In this document: positions 9,527 to 19,010 of the stretch, piece after piece | Layout of the letters: the number at the start of each line of letters is the position of its first letter | Numbering within the stretch: the stretch's first letter is position 1 | Source of the DNA: Nitrososphaeraceae archaeon | Lineage (GTDB): Archaea; Thermoproteota; Nitrososphaeria; Nitrososphaerales; Nitrososphaeraceae | Length of the DNA: 32,812 bases | Assembly (NCBI GenBank): GCA_035297365.1 | Contig: DATGZA010000047.1 | Coordinates: forward strand, 1 to 32,812 | Direction: 5' to 3' | The notes under the pieces: model-generated | What the model saw: the letters and a program-made list of their open reading frames with translations, nothing else | Databases searched by the model: none | What the model was told of the DNA's origin: nothing | Program-made: the position numbers and the translations under genes

Positions 9527-9910
9527 ATGTATAGTACTAATGATGATAATAGAAACAAAAATTCTTATCTTTTTGATAAAATTATTGAGAAATCCTTATT
9601 TACAAATAGACAAATTTCAATAATTTATAATAAATCAACTGGCGGTAAAATCCATGAAAGAATCAGTTCAGGAGCATATTACCGACAAATCAAACAGTGT
9701 AGAGTTAAAATTGAATCTTTGTTATACAGTATGTTGCTATTAAGATCGTTAAATATTATCGATAATAAAACAATGAATGTTATTGAATCTATAGTTATCC
9801 AACTAAATTCACTGTCGGAAAATACCGAGAATCACATCACATCCAATAATATACAAAGTGATGTGATTGATGTGATTGACAAAATAATTAAAAAGTCAAT
9901 ATCAATATGA
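9527..9910 (+). CDS. Small origin-proximal protein with a Tfx-like/HTH-like signature
   Basis: 127 aa. LFTNRQISII...ISSGAYYRQIKQCRVKIE resembles the 'LTxRQ...S.....R.KIE' pattern of Tfx-type HTH proteins. Function is inferred. Confidence 0.7.
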   Translation: MYSTNDDNRNKNSYLFDKIIEKSLFTNRQISIIYNKSTGGKIHERISSGAYYRQIKQCRVKIESLLYSMLLLRSLNIIDNKTMNVIESIVIQLNSLSENTENHITSNNIQSDVIDVIDKIIKKSISI

Positions 9911-10330
9911 CAGTTATGGTAGATGTATCACATACCAAGTCTACGTTTTATATTAATCACGTTAGCATTATATAATAGCGTGATATATGTGACATAAATT
10001 GGAATTTGATCTCTTAATATTAGTGATTGGAATATTTTTCGTTGTTGGTTTCGTTATTTCTCTTTTAGCTAGAACACAGAAAAGAGAATATAGCATTGAG
10101 AAAGAAAAGAGAAACGAATTCAATCATTACGATATTTTGGAGGCATTAGAAACACGTAAGCAGAATCAAATAGACTATCTTAATAATAAACTTGTGGATG
10201 TTTATACAAAACTTGATAATATAGAATCACAATTATTATTATTGTCACAATCTATTCTAAAAAATCAGTTTATTTCTGATAAGATAGAAGATGTAAAAAA
10301 ACAAGATGTGATATATCACAATAAATCACA
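9831..10330. repeat. Cluster of TGTGAT/ATCACA hexamers, including the perfect palindrome TGTGATATATCACA (10307-10320)
   Basis: Nine exact copies (9831, 9836, 9862, 9871, 9927, 10226, 10307, 10315, 10325) and six single-mismatch copies (9857, 9956, 9979, 9988, 10022, 10244) within 500 bp. Confidence 0.8.
9956..9984 (+). promoter_or_regulatory. TATA box (TTATATAA, 9968-9975) enclosed by the inverted repeat ATCACGTTA / TAGCGTGAT
   Basis: TATA lies about 27 bp before TTG9999. The inverted arms match 8/9 and look operator-like. Confidence 0.55.
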
Positions 10331-10637
10331 TAATCAAGATAGTCCAAAAAAATTATTTGATATTGCTGAAAATCAGAATTCCACAATTCAGTATATTTTA
10401 AAACTTTTGCACAATGAACCAAAGACATCTAATGAGATAAAGAATGCAATTGGTAGAACCCGAGAGCACACATCAAGACTAATGAAAAAATTGTATGAAA
10501 TGAATCTTGTTGAAAGGGATGTTAAGAACAGACCATTTAGATATAGACTTACGGAAGGAGGAAATAAATATCTTCATGAAGAGTATCACAATGATGCTAA
10601 AAATAATGAATCCGAGTCTGTGGTAAGAACTAATTAA
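9999..10637 (+). CDS. Membrane-anchored coiled-coil protein with a C-terminal winged-helix (MarR/ArsR-like) DNA-binding domain
   Basis: N-terminal TM segment LLILVIGIFFVVGFVISLLA, heptad region about aa 45-90, and wHTH YILKLL..PKTSNEIKNAIGRTREHTSRLMKKLYEMNLVER...YRLTEGG. Confidence 0.85.
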   Translation: MEFDLLILVIGIFFVVGFVISLLARTQKREYSIEKEKRNEFNHYDILEALETRKQNQIDYLNNKLVDVYTKLDNIESQLLLLSQSILKNQFISDKIEDVKKQDVIYHNKSHNQDSPKKLFDIAENQNSTIQYILKLLHNEPKTSNEIKNAIGRTREHTSRLMKKLYEMNLVERDVKNRPFRYRLTEGGNKYLHEEYHNDAKNNESESVVRTN

Positions 10638-11714
10638 ATTTTTCATATAACATCCTGAAGTTAATCTACTACGTCAATAAACAATATGTTAGCTGATTGA
10701 GTAGTCATAGCCAAACTAGTAGCTATAAACAATATTATAGTCTTAGTAGAAGTTCTGTACTTGACTATGCGATAGGTTAGTATTACTTTTGATGATTATG
10801 TACATGAACCACTTTTTATGAAACTGCTTAGCAACAAGAGAAAAAAACGGTTTTATCATCATTATTACATGAATTTTGTTGTTTATATCAGATTTTTTTG
10901 TTTATATCGGTAAATCAGGTTCTATTAGTAATTTTTAACAAGATATCCCTCCTATTAATCCATCAGTCAAAAGTCATGCTAAAAGCAGTTCTGACCTCAC
11001 ATTTTATTTCAAAATGTGATATGTGTGTGAGGATGTAATCGTGAATAGCTGTATTTATGCTATTTGTATTAAAAACCATTAATTGAATAAATGAATACAA
11101 AAGACAACATTAATCTATCAACTATTTCTTTTAATAAGATTGATTCAATGGTTACGTAAAATTTATTATTTTATCTTGAAAACAAATTTGAGAATAACAT
11201 ACATTCAATGTTTTTATCTAAAAAATAGAGTAACTAGGCCATAATATTTCTAAATCTGCTGGTAACAATGGTAAGGTGATAGAGGGGTAGAGCTTTTGGT
11301 ATATATACGGTTCTTAATTGGTGTTTCATGGAAAATACCATTGAAAATGAGTAGATATAAACAAAACCTATTGTATGTGGCATAACAACAAAATAACACT
11401 ATAACGATAATGAAACCCTTTTTTCTGTTGTTGGATAAAGTGAAATGTTATTATTAAAGAATGTTGTTACAATGCACTTCTAAAATAGTACTAAGGTCAG
11501 TATTGTTCTATGACATTGTAGTATATTTAGCTGTAAAGAAAGAAATTAACAATCCTCTTATTATAGCATAACAACCTCTTAACTGATTATGACCTTTACA
11601 CAAATTAGTTAACAAGAGTTTGATATATTATTTTATGAAGAAAAACACGTTCAAATTTACTTTTGTTAATAATGTGTTAATTATTAAAAAATAAAAATAC
11701 CGTCTACTTCATTC

Positions 11715-11740
11715 TCCAGTGGAAATAAAGGGGTTGAAAA
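11715..11740 (+). promoter_or_regulatory. Origin recognition box ORB1, TCCAGTGGAAATAAAGGGGTTGAAAA
   Basis: Matches the archaeal ORB consensus TCCAgTGGAAAyaaAGGGGt with G-string. Confidence 0.93.
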
Positions 11741-11774
11741 TAGACCATTAACTAAATTAACATAAATTCAACTT

Positions 11775-11800
11775 TCCAGTGGAAATAAAGGGGTTGAAAA
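11775..11800 (+). promoter_or_regulatory. Origin recognition box ORB2, identical to ORB1 and 60 bp downstream
   Basis: Exact 26-bp direct repeat. Confidence 0.93.
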
Positions 11801-11876
11801 ATACATTTTCTCAATCTAATAATGAATATCTGTGATCTCTGTTAATAAAAAGTTTAATACGGGACTTTTGATGTCT

Positions 11877-11897
11877 CCCCCTATATTTCTATTCCAC
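11877..11897 (-). promoter_or_regulatory. Degenerate inverted ORB (GTGGAATAGAAATATAGGGGG)
   Basis: GAAATAxAGGGG core with G-string, facing ORB1/2. Weaker ORB-like sites at 11413-11435 (-) and 12034-12046 (+). Confidence 0.55.
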
Positions 11898-12078
11898 GAT
11901 ATAATAGAAAATAAGATTAATAAAACTATATTTGTTTAATAAATTTGTTAATATTATTAGATTTAGCGGTTTAAATTTATTTGTTAATAACAAGTTATCA
12001 GCAATATTCAATATGTTAAAATAATTTGGAAAAGAAAAACAGGGGTGTGCGTTATATTTTAAATGGTGAGAAAATATA

Positions 12079-13302
12079 TTGAGTGACGATTTACTTAATA
12101 ATATCTTTGATGATGCAGTAAAAGGTAAATCATTAATTAAAAATCGTAAAATTTTGACAATAGATTATGTACCTGAAAAACTTCAATTTCGTGATGAAGA
12201 AACGATGACTATTGCACAAACATTGTCAGTAGCTCTAAAAGGTTCTAGACCATCAAATCTATTGTTATTTGGAAAACCGGGTACGGGAAAGACTGCTGTT
12301 ATAAAAAATGTTATTAAAAAATTCACGGAAAAATCTTCCTCACTCGGAATTGAAGTAATAGTGCCATTTGTTAATGCGAAACTAGCGAATACTGCATACA
12401 AGGTATTATATGAAATTGCTGAAGAGATGTGTATTAACAAGATCGAAAAAAGAAACCAAGTTTATTTTACTGGTTTGTCTTTAGGTGAAGCAACCAATAG
12501 AATTCTTGATTTCATCCAAAAAAGAAAATTACATGTCATTTTTGTTATTGATGAAATTGATTCACTAGTTGATAAAAATGGAGATGATATTCTTTATAAT
12601 TTTACCAGGGCAAATGAACAGTTTCAAGATTCTGGATTTATTACATTAATCGGAATTTCAAACAGTCTTACATTCAAAGATAAATTAGATCCTCGTGTCC
12701 GTAGCAGTTTAAGTGAAGAAGAAATTGTATTCAATCCATATAAAATTATTCAGCTGCAAAAAATATTATCAGAGAGAGTAAAGTTAGCATTTTCTGATGA
12801 TGTTGTCACAGACGGAGCTATAAATCTATGCGCAGCTATTGCAGGAAAAGATAATGGTGATGCTAGAAAAGCGATAGATTTACTTAGGGTAGCAGCAGAA
12901 ATAGCAGAACGAGAAAAAGATTCTAAAATTGATGAAAAATATATTCGATTGGCTCAACATAAAATAGAGAAAGATACAAATTTCGAAGTGATAAAAAACT
13001 CAACTACTCATACAAAAATAGTACTACTGGCAATTACTAAATCCAAAAATGGAAATACTGGTGAGGTTTATGAGATATATTCGAACTATTGTAAAACAAT
13101 TGATAACGAACCTCTCAGTCAACGTAGAATAACTCAAATTATAAGTGAACTTGATCAATTAGGGTTAATCAATACTAATATAGTAAATCAAGGTAGATAT
13201 GGTCGTTCACAGAAAATAAAAATTTCTATTTCTACAGATACACTAAAAGAAGCCCTAAAAGAAGATCCATTATTTCTTACATTGATGCATATTCTTGATT
13301 AA
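12079..13302 (+). CDS. cdc6: Orc1/Cdc6 replication initiator
   Basis: Walker A GKPGTGKT, Walker B VIDEID, LDPRVRSSL, GDARKAIDLLR, C-terminal winged helix with GRYGRS. Confidence 0.97.
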   Translation: MSDDLLNNIFDDAVKGKSLIKNRKILTIDYVPEKLQFRDEETMTIAQTLSVALKGSRPSNLLLFGKPGTGKTAVIKNVIKKFTEKSSSLGIEVIVPFVNAKLANTAYKVLYEIAEEMCINKIEKRNQVYFTGLSLGEATNRILDFIQKRKLHVIFVIDEIDSLVDKNGDDILYNFTRANEQFQDSGFITLIGISNSLTFKDKLDPRVRSSLSEEEIVFNPYKIIQLQKILSERVKLAFSDDVVTDGAINLCAAIAGKDNGDARKAIDLLRVAAEIAEREKDSKIDEKYIRLAQHKIEKDTNFEVIKNSTTHTKIVLLAITKSKNGNTGEVYEIYSNYCKTIDNEPLSQRRITQIISELDQLGLINTNIVNQGRYGRSQKIKISISTDTLKEALKEDPLFLTLMHILD

Positions 13303-14899
13303 AATTGATCTGAAAAGGACGAAGAGTAGCAAGATTAACTAAAATTGCGATCGCAGATGTAGGTATTATTCCCATAGTTTGTTGAAAAGGAGTTTGACCC
13401 TGCCATGTACCAGAATTAATAATTAATGTACCATGATAATTTTGTACATCCATGACATGAACATGTCCTGAATGGAATACATCAGGTATCTCATTTATTA
13501 CCATCATATCTTCTAATTCAGGAGAAATTGGTGTTCTTTGTCCATAAATTGGAGATAAATGTCTTGCCTTTAATAATATTTTCATTGCCTCAGCAGGATT
13601 TGCATAGCTTAAACCAGGTATTGTAGCGATGATATCATCTAATCCCTGTCCATGATACATTAAAATTTTAACTCCCTCAAGTTCAATAAAACTAGGATTT
13701 CCCAGCATCGTAAAATTTTCAAATGAATACAATTTTGGACAATCTTTTTTAGGAACTGCAGGTTGTGGTAACGCTCTTCGTCCAAGATCATGGTTTCCAG
13801 GGATAATAAAAACTTGAATTCTCTTAGGAATTTGTTCTAATAATTTTGTTAATTGACTCATTTGTCTAAATGTATTATTATACTTTAATTCTTTGTCTTG
13901 ATTAGGAAATATTCCTACACCATCTATTAAATCACCACCAATACATAAAAAATTTATTTTAGATACTATTTCATCATCAGACGAATTCAGCCAATTTAAA
14001 AATCGTAAAAAATCTGTTTCTTTGAAATACTTACTTCCAACATGAAGATCTGAAATTAAAACCGCATATGATTCTCTTTTTCCTTTATTTGGGATGTGAT
14101 CTGGGATATCTGGAGAAACAACATTTTTTATAATATGATTATTTCCCTTGTTTTCAATTTCTATCATTACCATTTGATCAAGGGTCAATTTAGAAACAAG
14201 TTTTATTGTCTCATCAGTTACTGCTAATGTATTAATAATTCCAGTTTGATCGTCTATTGTTAATTCTGTGCTATTTCTTTTTGATCTCTTTGACATTACC
14301 AAACCTGCAATAACTGAAGAATATCCACCCAAAGAGGCATTATTATTTTCTATCTTTTTATCATTATATTCTATGTTTAAATTATTATTTTGTTTTTTTT
14401 GATTATTACTTTTTTTTACAAATGCTATCTTATTAATGCGTTTACTATCTGGCCTGGTTGATAAGATTTTTAACGATTTCGTAAAACGACTTTTAAAAAG
14501 TGAAGTGTAACCGTTTATTCCTTCACCTGAGTTAATATAGTCAGTAGAATCAAAAATTATTTTATAGGAATCCTTTAAATCAATATTCTCAGTTGATGAA
14601 TTTGTAGATTGATATACTGATGAGCTAGAAACCACATGGTGGGTATGAAATTTTTCTATAATCTCTTGATCATTTTTAACAAAATTATTCTGATCAACAG
14701 TAATACAACAAATTTTGATATCATCTGTACCAATAATAGTATCACTACCATTTTTTTTCTTGTATTTTACTACCTGTTGAATAACATTCATTTTATTTGA
14801 ATCAATATCTTTTAAAAGCGTAAATGCATCAGGATGTATTTGGTATCCATTAGCAGTAATAAAAGATAATACATTAGAAATTTCTTTTTGTAATGACAA
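13277..14899 (-). CDS. polB: DNA polymerase D small subunit DP1 (proofreading exonuclease)
   Basis: Calcineurin-like phosphoesterase motifs SDLHVGS, GDLIDG, PGNHD, YHG, HSGHVH, plus an OB-fold region. Convergent 26-bp overlap with cdc6. Confidence 0.96.
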   Translation of the reverse strand: MSLQKEISNVLSFITANGYQIHPDAFTLLKDIDSNKMNVIQQVVKYKKKNGSDTIIGTDDIKICCITVDQNNFVKNDQEIIEKFHTHHVVSSSSVYQSTNSSTENIDLKDSYKIIFDSTDYINSGEGINGYTSLFKSRFTKSLKILSTRPDSKRINKIAFVKKSNNQKKQNNNLNIEYNDKKIENNNASLGGYSSVIAGLVMSKRSKRNSTELTIDDQTGIINTLAVTDETIKLVSKLTLDQMVMIEIENKGNNHIIKNVVSPDIPDHIPNKGKRESYAVLISDLHVGSKYFKETDFLRFLNWLNSSDDEIVSKINFLCIGGDLIDGVGIFPNQDKELKYNNTFRQMSQLTKLLEQIPKRIQVFIIPGNHDLGRRALPQPAVPKKDCPKLYSFENFTMLGNPSFIELEGVKILMYHGQGLDDIIATIPGLSYANPAEAMKILLKARHLSPIYGQRTPISPELEDMMVINEIPDVFHSGHVHVMDVQNYHGTLIINSGTWQGQTPFQQTMGIIPTSAIAILVNLATLRPFQINFNQEYASM

Positions 14900-14995
14900 T
14901 TGTAAGACTTAGGATGTACCAAAGTTATTTAATTATATTTCTATTTTTTTAACAAAAAGGTATTATTACCATAAAAATTTCTTCATAAATAGACA

Positions 14996-15514
14996 TTGAA
15001 ACAACGCCTATTGTATCTCGTGATTGGAATGATAGTTTTTCTCATTTCATATACTTCTGGTGCCTACTCACATATTGGTTCACAACAATCTAAAATATTA
15101 AAAGAACAATTTGAATCAAAAATACAAGGCATTGATGAATTTGGAATATTTTTCAACAATGTAGTTATAGCCTTGGGCATGTTTATTCCTGGACTTGGAA
15201 TAGGGCTTGGAATATTCTCTGGTTTTGGTACTGGACTGGTTTTTAGTGCACTAGCAGAGAGTAATATAGCATTACAAAATATTTCGCCTCTTTCGATACT
15301 TCTTACACCATTTGGTATCTTGGAAATATTTTCATATGGATTGGCTATATCTAGAAGCGGAATGATAATTCACGATTACTTTATAAAAAAAATTTCATGG
15401 AAAAAATTTCTTAAGCCAACTATAATAGAGATTATAATCGTTGTATCTCTTTTAATAATAGGTGCTTTTATAGAATGGAATATGATCAAACAATTTACAG
15501 AAACTCCAATTTAG
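14996..15514 (+). CDS. SpoIIM-family (DUF95-like) integral membrane protein
   Basis: IFFNN...G pattern, PFGILE motif, GAFIE near the C-terminus, several TM helices. Confidence 0.8.
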   Translation: MKQRLLYLVIGMIVFLISYTSGAYSHIGSQQSKILKEQFESKIQGIDEFGIFFNNVVIALGMFIPGLGIGLGIFSGFGTGLVFSALAESNIALQNISPLSILLTPFGILEIFSYGLAISRSGMIIHDYFIKKISWKKFLKPTIIEIIIVVSLLIIGAFIEWNMIKQFTETPI

Positions 15515-15742
15515 ATATGATCCATTTATTGTCGAAAGAGGTAAATAAATTATTAAAAATATCATATTATTTTATAGAATATGTAAGATCTCAGATATAT
15601 TTAGAATTTATTTCAAAAATTATAGATAAACAATTTAAAATTATACAACTACTCTTTTTTTATTACTATAATTAGTAAATCAAATAACCAGTCAAAAATA
15701 TCTTATAAAATAGCTATTTTCAATCTTACACATTTTTATTAA

Positions 15743-16519
15743 TTGATTTATAAGTTCAAAAAGATAATGATAAAACTAATATTGCAAGGAATAAAAATTC
15801 ACTATAAACCTAAATTTAAAGAGAATCCAATTATTATTGCAGCACTTCCAGATATGGGTAATGTAGCTGGATTATGTCAAAAATTATTATTGAATAAAAT
15901 AGAGACAAAGCTTTTTGCAGAAATATTTGCATTTTGGCCTCCTTATGTTACCTATAACAAAGGAATTATTAACTATTCTCAGTCCAGCTATAAGTTTTAT
16001 GCAAGTATAAAATATAATGTTATCATATTTACAGGTGATTTTAATCCTTCTGATCCACGAAGATTATATGAATTATGTTATGAAGTTTTGAAAATTGCTC
16101 AGGAATTTCATGTAAAAACGTTATATTCTTTGGGTGCATCATTAAAACCAATAAATACAATTGAGAAACTTGTGTATGCTGCTGTCAATAAAATAGATCT
16201 TGTTAAATTCTTGCAAAATCTAAACATACAAATATTACCAGACGATGGACAAATAACAGGTTTTAATGGTTTAATTTTAGGAATATCTAAAGAATACAAC
16301 TTGGATGCAATTTGCATCCTAGGAGAAATAGATAATCCAGATGTAATTCAACCAAAAACCGCCCAAGAAATCCTGAAAGTATTATTAGAAATATTAAACC
16401 TTTCTTTTATTGATCTTTCGGAGTTAGATGAAGAAGAAAAAAGGAAAAAGTTTATGGAACAGCAAATGAATTATTTCAATAGTGCAATTCAAAAAAGTGA
16501 TCTTCCTGGAATATCATAA
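15743..16519 (+). CDS. PAC2-family proteasome assembly chaperone (start may be ATG15767)
   Basis: ALPDMGNVAG, YSLGA, GQITGFNGLILG, ICILGE motifs. Confidence 0.88.
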   Translation: MIYKFKKIMIKLILQGIKIHYKPKFKENPIIIAALPDMGNVAGLCQKLLLNKIETKLFAEIFAFWPPYVTYNKGIINYSQSSYKFYASIKYNVIIFTGDFNPSDPRRLYELCYEVLKIAQEFHVKTLYSLGASLKPINTIEKLVYAAVNKIDLVKFLQNLNIQILPDDGQITGFNGLILGISKEYNLDAICILGEIDNPDVIQPKTAQEILKVLLEILNLSFIDLSELDEEEKRKKFMEQQMNYFNSAIQKSDLPGIS

Positions 16520-16585
16520 GCATATGTCTAACAAATAGATATTTAAAATTCGGACCATTAATTATTCGCTTATCTGAGCTTATTT

Positions 16586-17323
16586 TCATATCTTGTTATG
16601 CTTCAAAATATTCAAATATGTCTGTCTTTTATTCTGATCGATTACCATAACTGAAAGATCACTAAATTGCTTATTTTCCAAATCAGAAATTTTTCCTCTG
16701 AAAATACTCTCCTTATCACAATCAGTCAAATATTCAAAAACCCAAACATCTATTTCTGAAGTATCGATTCCTTTTTCCTTCAAAAAGAAAGCAATATCCG
16801 ATTCCATAAAATTTTTTAATGGATCTTTTGGCCAAGGTCTAGGTACTAAAATAACACTCTTTTTATCCAATATTGCTTTTACCATTTCAATTTTTTTTTG
16901 TTCTATATCAGAAGTTACATGAAAACTCACGATGTACGATTTATCCAATGGTATTCTTGATTTTGAAGATGCAATTTGAATGGAGCTTATACCAGGAATA
17001 ATTTCAACGTTTTTGTCCCCAAAAATCTCTAATAAACGATCTACTACCTCTGATTCAGAAAAATTTACATCTCCTGTAAACGGAACCAAACAAAATTCTC
17101 CATCTTTCATATTTTCATATACATACTGGTATGTTGATTCTTGATTTTTCATAGTTATCTCATAAATAATCTGTTTTTCTTGATCAATAAGTTTTTCAAT
17201 AGTTTTTAATGTATATTTATAACCTATAATATAGTTAGATAATTCAATTTTCTCTTTTGCCACTTCAGTAATATATTTTTGATTACCAGGACCTACTCCA
17301 ATCACAAATAATTTTTTAGGCAT
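16586..17323 (-). CDS. cbiE: Cobalt-precorrin-7 C5-methyltransferase (tetrapyrrole methylase, cobalamin pathway)
   Basis: VIGVGPG, TGD, IIPGISSIQ, SFH and 'VFEYLT...E.I..G' typical of CbiE. Confidence 0.8.
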   Translation of the reverse strand: MPKKLFVIGVGPGNQKYITEVAKEKIELSNYIIGYKYTLKTIEKLIDQEKQIIYEITMKNQESTYQYVYENMKDGEFCLVPFTGDVNFSESEVVDRLLEIFGDKNVEIIPGISSIQIASSKSRIPLDKSYIVSFHVTSDIEQKKIEMVKAILDKKSVILVPRPWPKDPLKNFMESDIAFFLKEKGIDTSEIDVWVFEYLTDCDKESIFRGKISDLENKQFSDLSVMVIDQNKRQTYLNILKHNKI

Positions 17324-17516
17324 AGAAGATTAATTAAATGATAAAAATCCCTAATAATATCATATTGTAGATAATAAATAAATAATCATATTTTTGTAAA
17401 AAGTATTTAGTGCTCAAAACAAAAATTGTTAGAATTTACATGAAAAAAATAATATGACTAAATAATACAATTATTTTGACATTCTTGTCATTATATGCAT
17501 TTCTTGACGATTTGTA

Positions 17517-18461
17517 ATGAGCGAACTAAAGCTCGAATTTGTGGGTAAACAAGTTAAGGATATGTATGGAACACTTATGGGAACAGTTATTGGAATAATT
17601 ACCGATACTGACGGTTCTATAGAATCTGTTAGTGTAGATTGTGGTGATTCTGGTTTAAAACAATTAGCTTATGAACAATTACTAGTTCAAGGAGACTATG
17701 TCATATTCATTCCAAGATGGAGATTAGATGCACAAAAATTATTTAGGCAAAAGAATCTTACACTAAAGAGGATTAAAGCACTTCAAAAATTAGTTGAAGA
17801 AGATGATGCAATGAAAGAAGATGTTGAAATAGTTTATGCAAGATATGAAAAAAAATTACAAGATTTAGAAGATAAAGAAAAATCAATTAATGACAAATTA
17901 ATAGAAAGACTTGATGAACTAAATAAATCAACGAAAAGTATTAAATCAATTCTATTTGACGCCAAATTGCAATACCGAAGTAATGAAATTAGTGAAGAAA
18001 CCTATCTTCAGGTTACACGATATACAAAAGAATTAATGGATCATATTAATTTGGAAAAAGAGGAAATTAATAGTATAAAAATTCGACTTGAAGAACAAAA
18101 TTTAGAAAACACATTACCACTACCTCATTCTATACCACAACAACATGAAACAGAAGAACAAAAAGAAAAGTTAATAGAAAATACTTCCTATACTAGTACA
18201 AATTTGATCACCAATTCTGCTGACACTACAACAACGACAACAACGACAACAACTATTGATACCACTGGTACAGTTTCTACTACTTCTAATATTCCTACAA
18301 CAGACCCAAGTACAGATACAAAAGAACCTGAACAATTTAAACAAGTTTCAACTAATACTCAACCAGAATCATATACAAAACAAAACAAAGAAAGATACTA
18401 TTCTACAACCAATGACACTGATAATGAAACCAACTGGCTAGATCAAGTAATTAATAGTTAG
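17517..18461 (+). CDS. cdvA: Cell division protein CdvA
   Basis: N-terminal PRC barrel (FVGKQVKDMYG..G.V...), IPxWR motif, long coiled coil, low-complexity linker and short C-terminal peptide. Confidence 0.88.
   Translation: MSELKLEFVGKQVKDMYGTLMGTVIGIITDTDGSIESVSVDCGDSGLKQLAYEQLLVQGDYVIFIPRWRLDAQKLFRQKNLTLKRIKALQKLVEEDDAMKEDVEIVYARYEKKLQDLEDKEKSINDKLIERLDELNKSTKSIKSILFDAKLQYRSNEISEETYLQVTRYTKELMDHINLEKEEINSIKIRLEEQNLENTLPLPHSIPQQHETEEQKEKLIENTSYTSTNLITNSADTTTTTTTTTTIDTTGTVSTTSNIPTTDPSTDTKEPEQFKQVSTNTQPESYTKQNKERYYSTTNDTDNETNWLDQVINS
18225..18256 (+). repeat. (ACN)n poly-Thr microsatellite inside cdvA
   Basis: ACTACAACAACGACAACAACGACAACAACT run encodes a long poly-Thr tract. Confidence 0.8.
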
Positions 18462-18737
18462 AAAAAAATAAAAAAATAAATTTCTTTTTATAATTACTCT
18501 TTTTATAACCAATAGCTTTTATTAGAAATCTAATTAGATAGATCAATGATGTTTCATAGTATATCAAAATTTTGCTACCTTAAAATATAACATACAAAGT
18601 CACTAGTAATTATTATCCAGACGAATTAGATAAATAGAAATTTAGTAGAATGATATATCTTAATTATTGTTAATTCGATGTTTTATAAAAAATAATAAAA
18701 AAAGAGTAATTCTTCTGTCTTTTTTTATTGCAACTTC

Positions 18738-19010
18738 TTAGAATTTTACTGGAGTCTGTAATAGTTCTCCAATTTCATTATGCATCTTGAGGAAATTTAG
18801 TCCTTTTTCTGTTGTCTTGTATGTTTGAGATCCATCAAGATATTCCAAGAGGTTGTTTTCAATCAAAACAGAAAGATACTCCCTTAATTGTGCATAACTT
18901 AGAAAAGCTTTGTACATAATTTTTGTCTTGGTTGCTCCTCCATTAGCTGCCTCTAGTATCATTGCTACTATTTCTGTTCTACTTCTGTATTTCACGATCA
19001 TCATACACAA
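18738..19010 (-). CDS. Small winged helix-turn-helix transcriptional regulator
   Basis: YRSRTEIVAMILEAANGGATKTKIMYKAFLSYAQLREYL...YKTTEKG, a family expanded in thaumarchaea. Exact start uncertain. Confidence 0.88.
   Translation of the reverse strand: MCMMIVKYRSRTEIVAMILEAANGGATKTKIMYKAFLSYAQLREYLSVLIENNLLEYLDGSQTYKTTEKGLNFLKMHNEIGELLQTPVKF

Larger units (their letters stand above)
10638..12078. other. Chromosomal replication origin (oriC) region
   Basis: 1.4-kb intergenic region directly upstream of cdc6 with ORB boxes and very AT-rich stretches (candidate DUE). Confidence 0.9.

Noticed and set aside
11715-11800. Mini-CRISPR-like pattern (26-bp repeat ending GAAAA, 34-bp spacer)
   Set aside because: Only two units, no cas genes, and the repeat matches the ORB consensus upstream of cdc6.
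5052-13302. Inteins in DP2 or Cdc6
   Set aside because: Lengths are normal and no splice-junction or LAGLIDADG motifs were seen.
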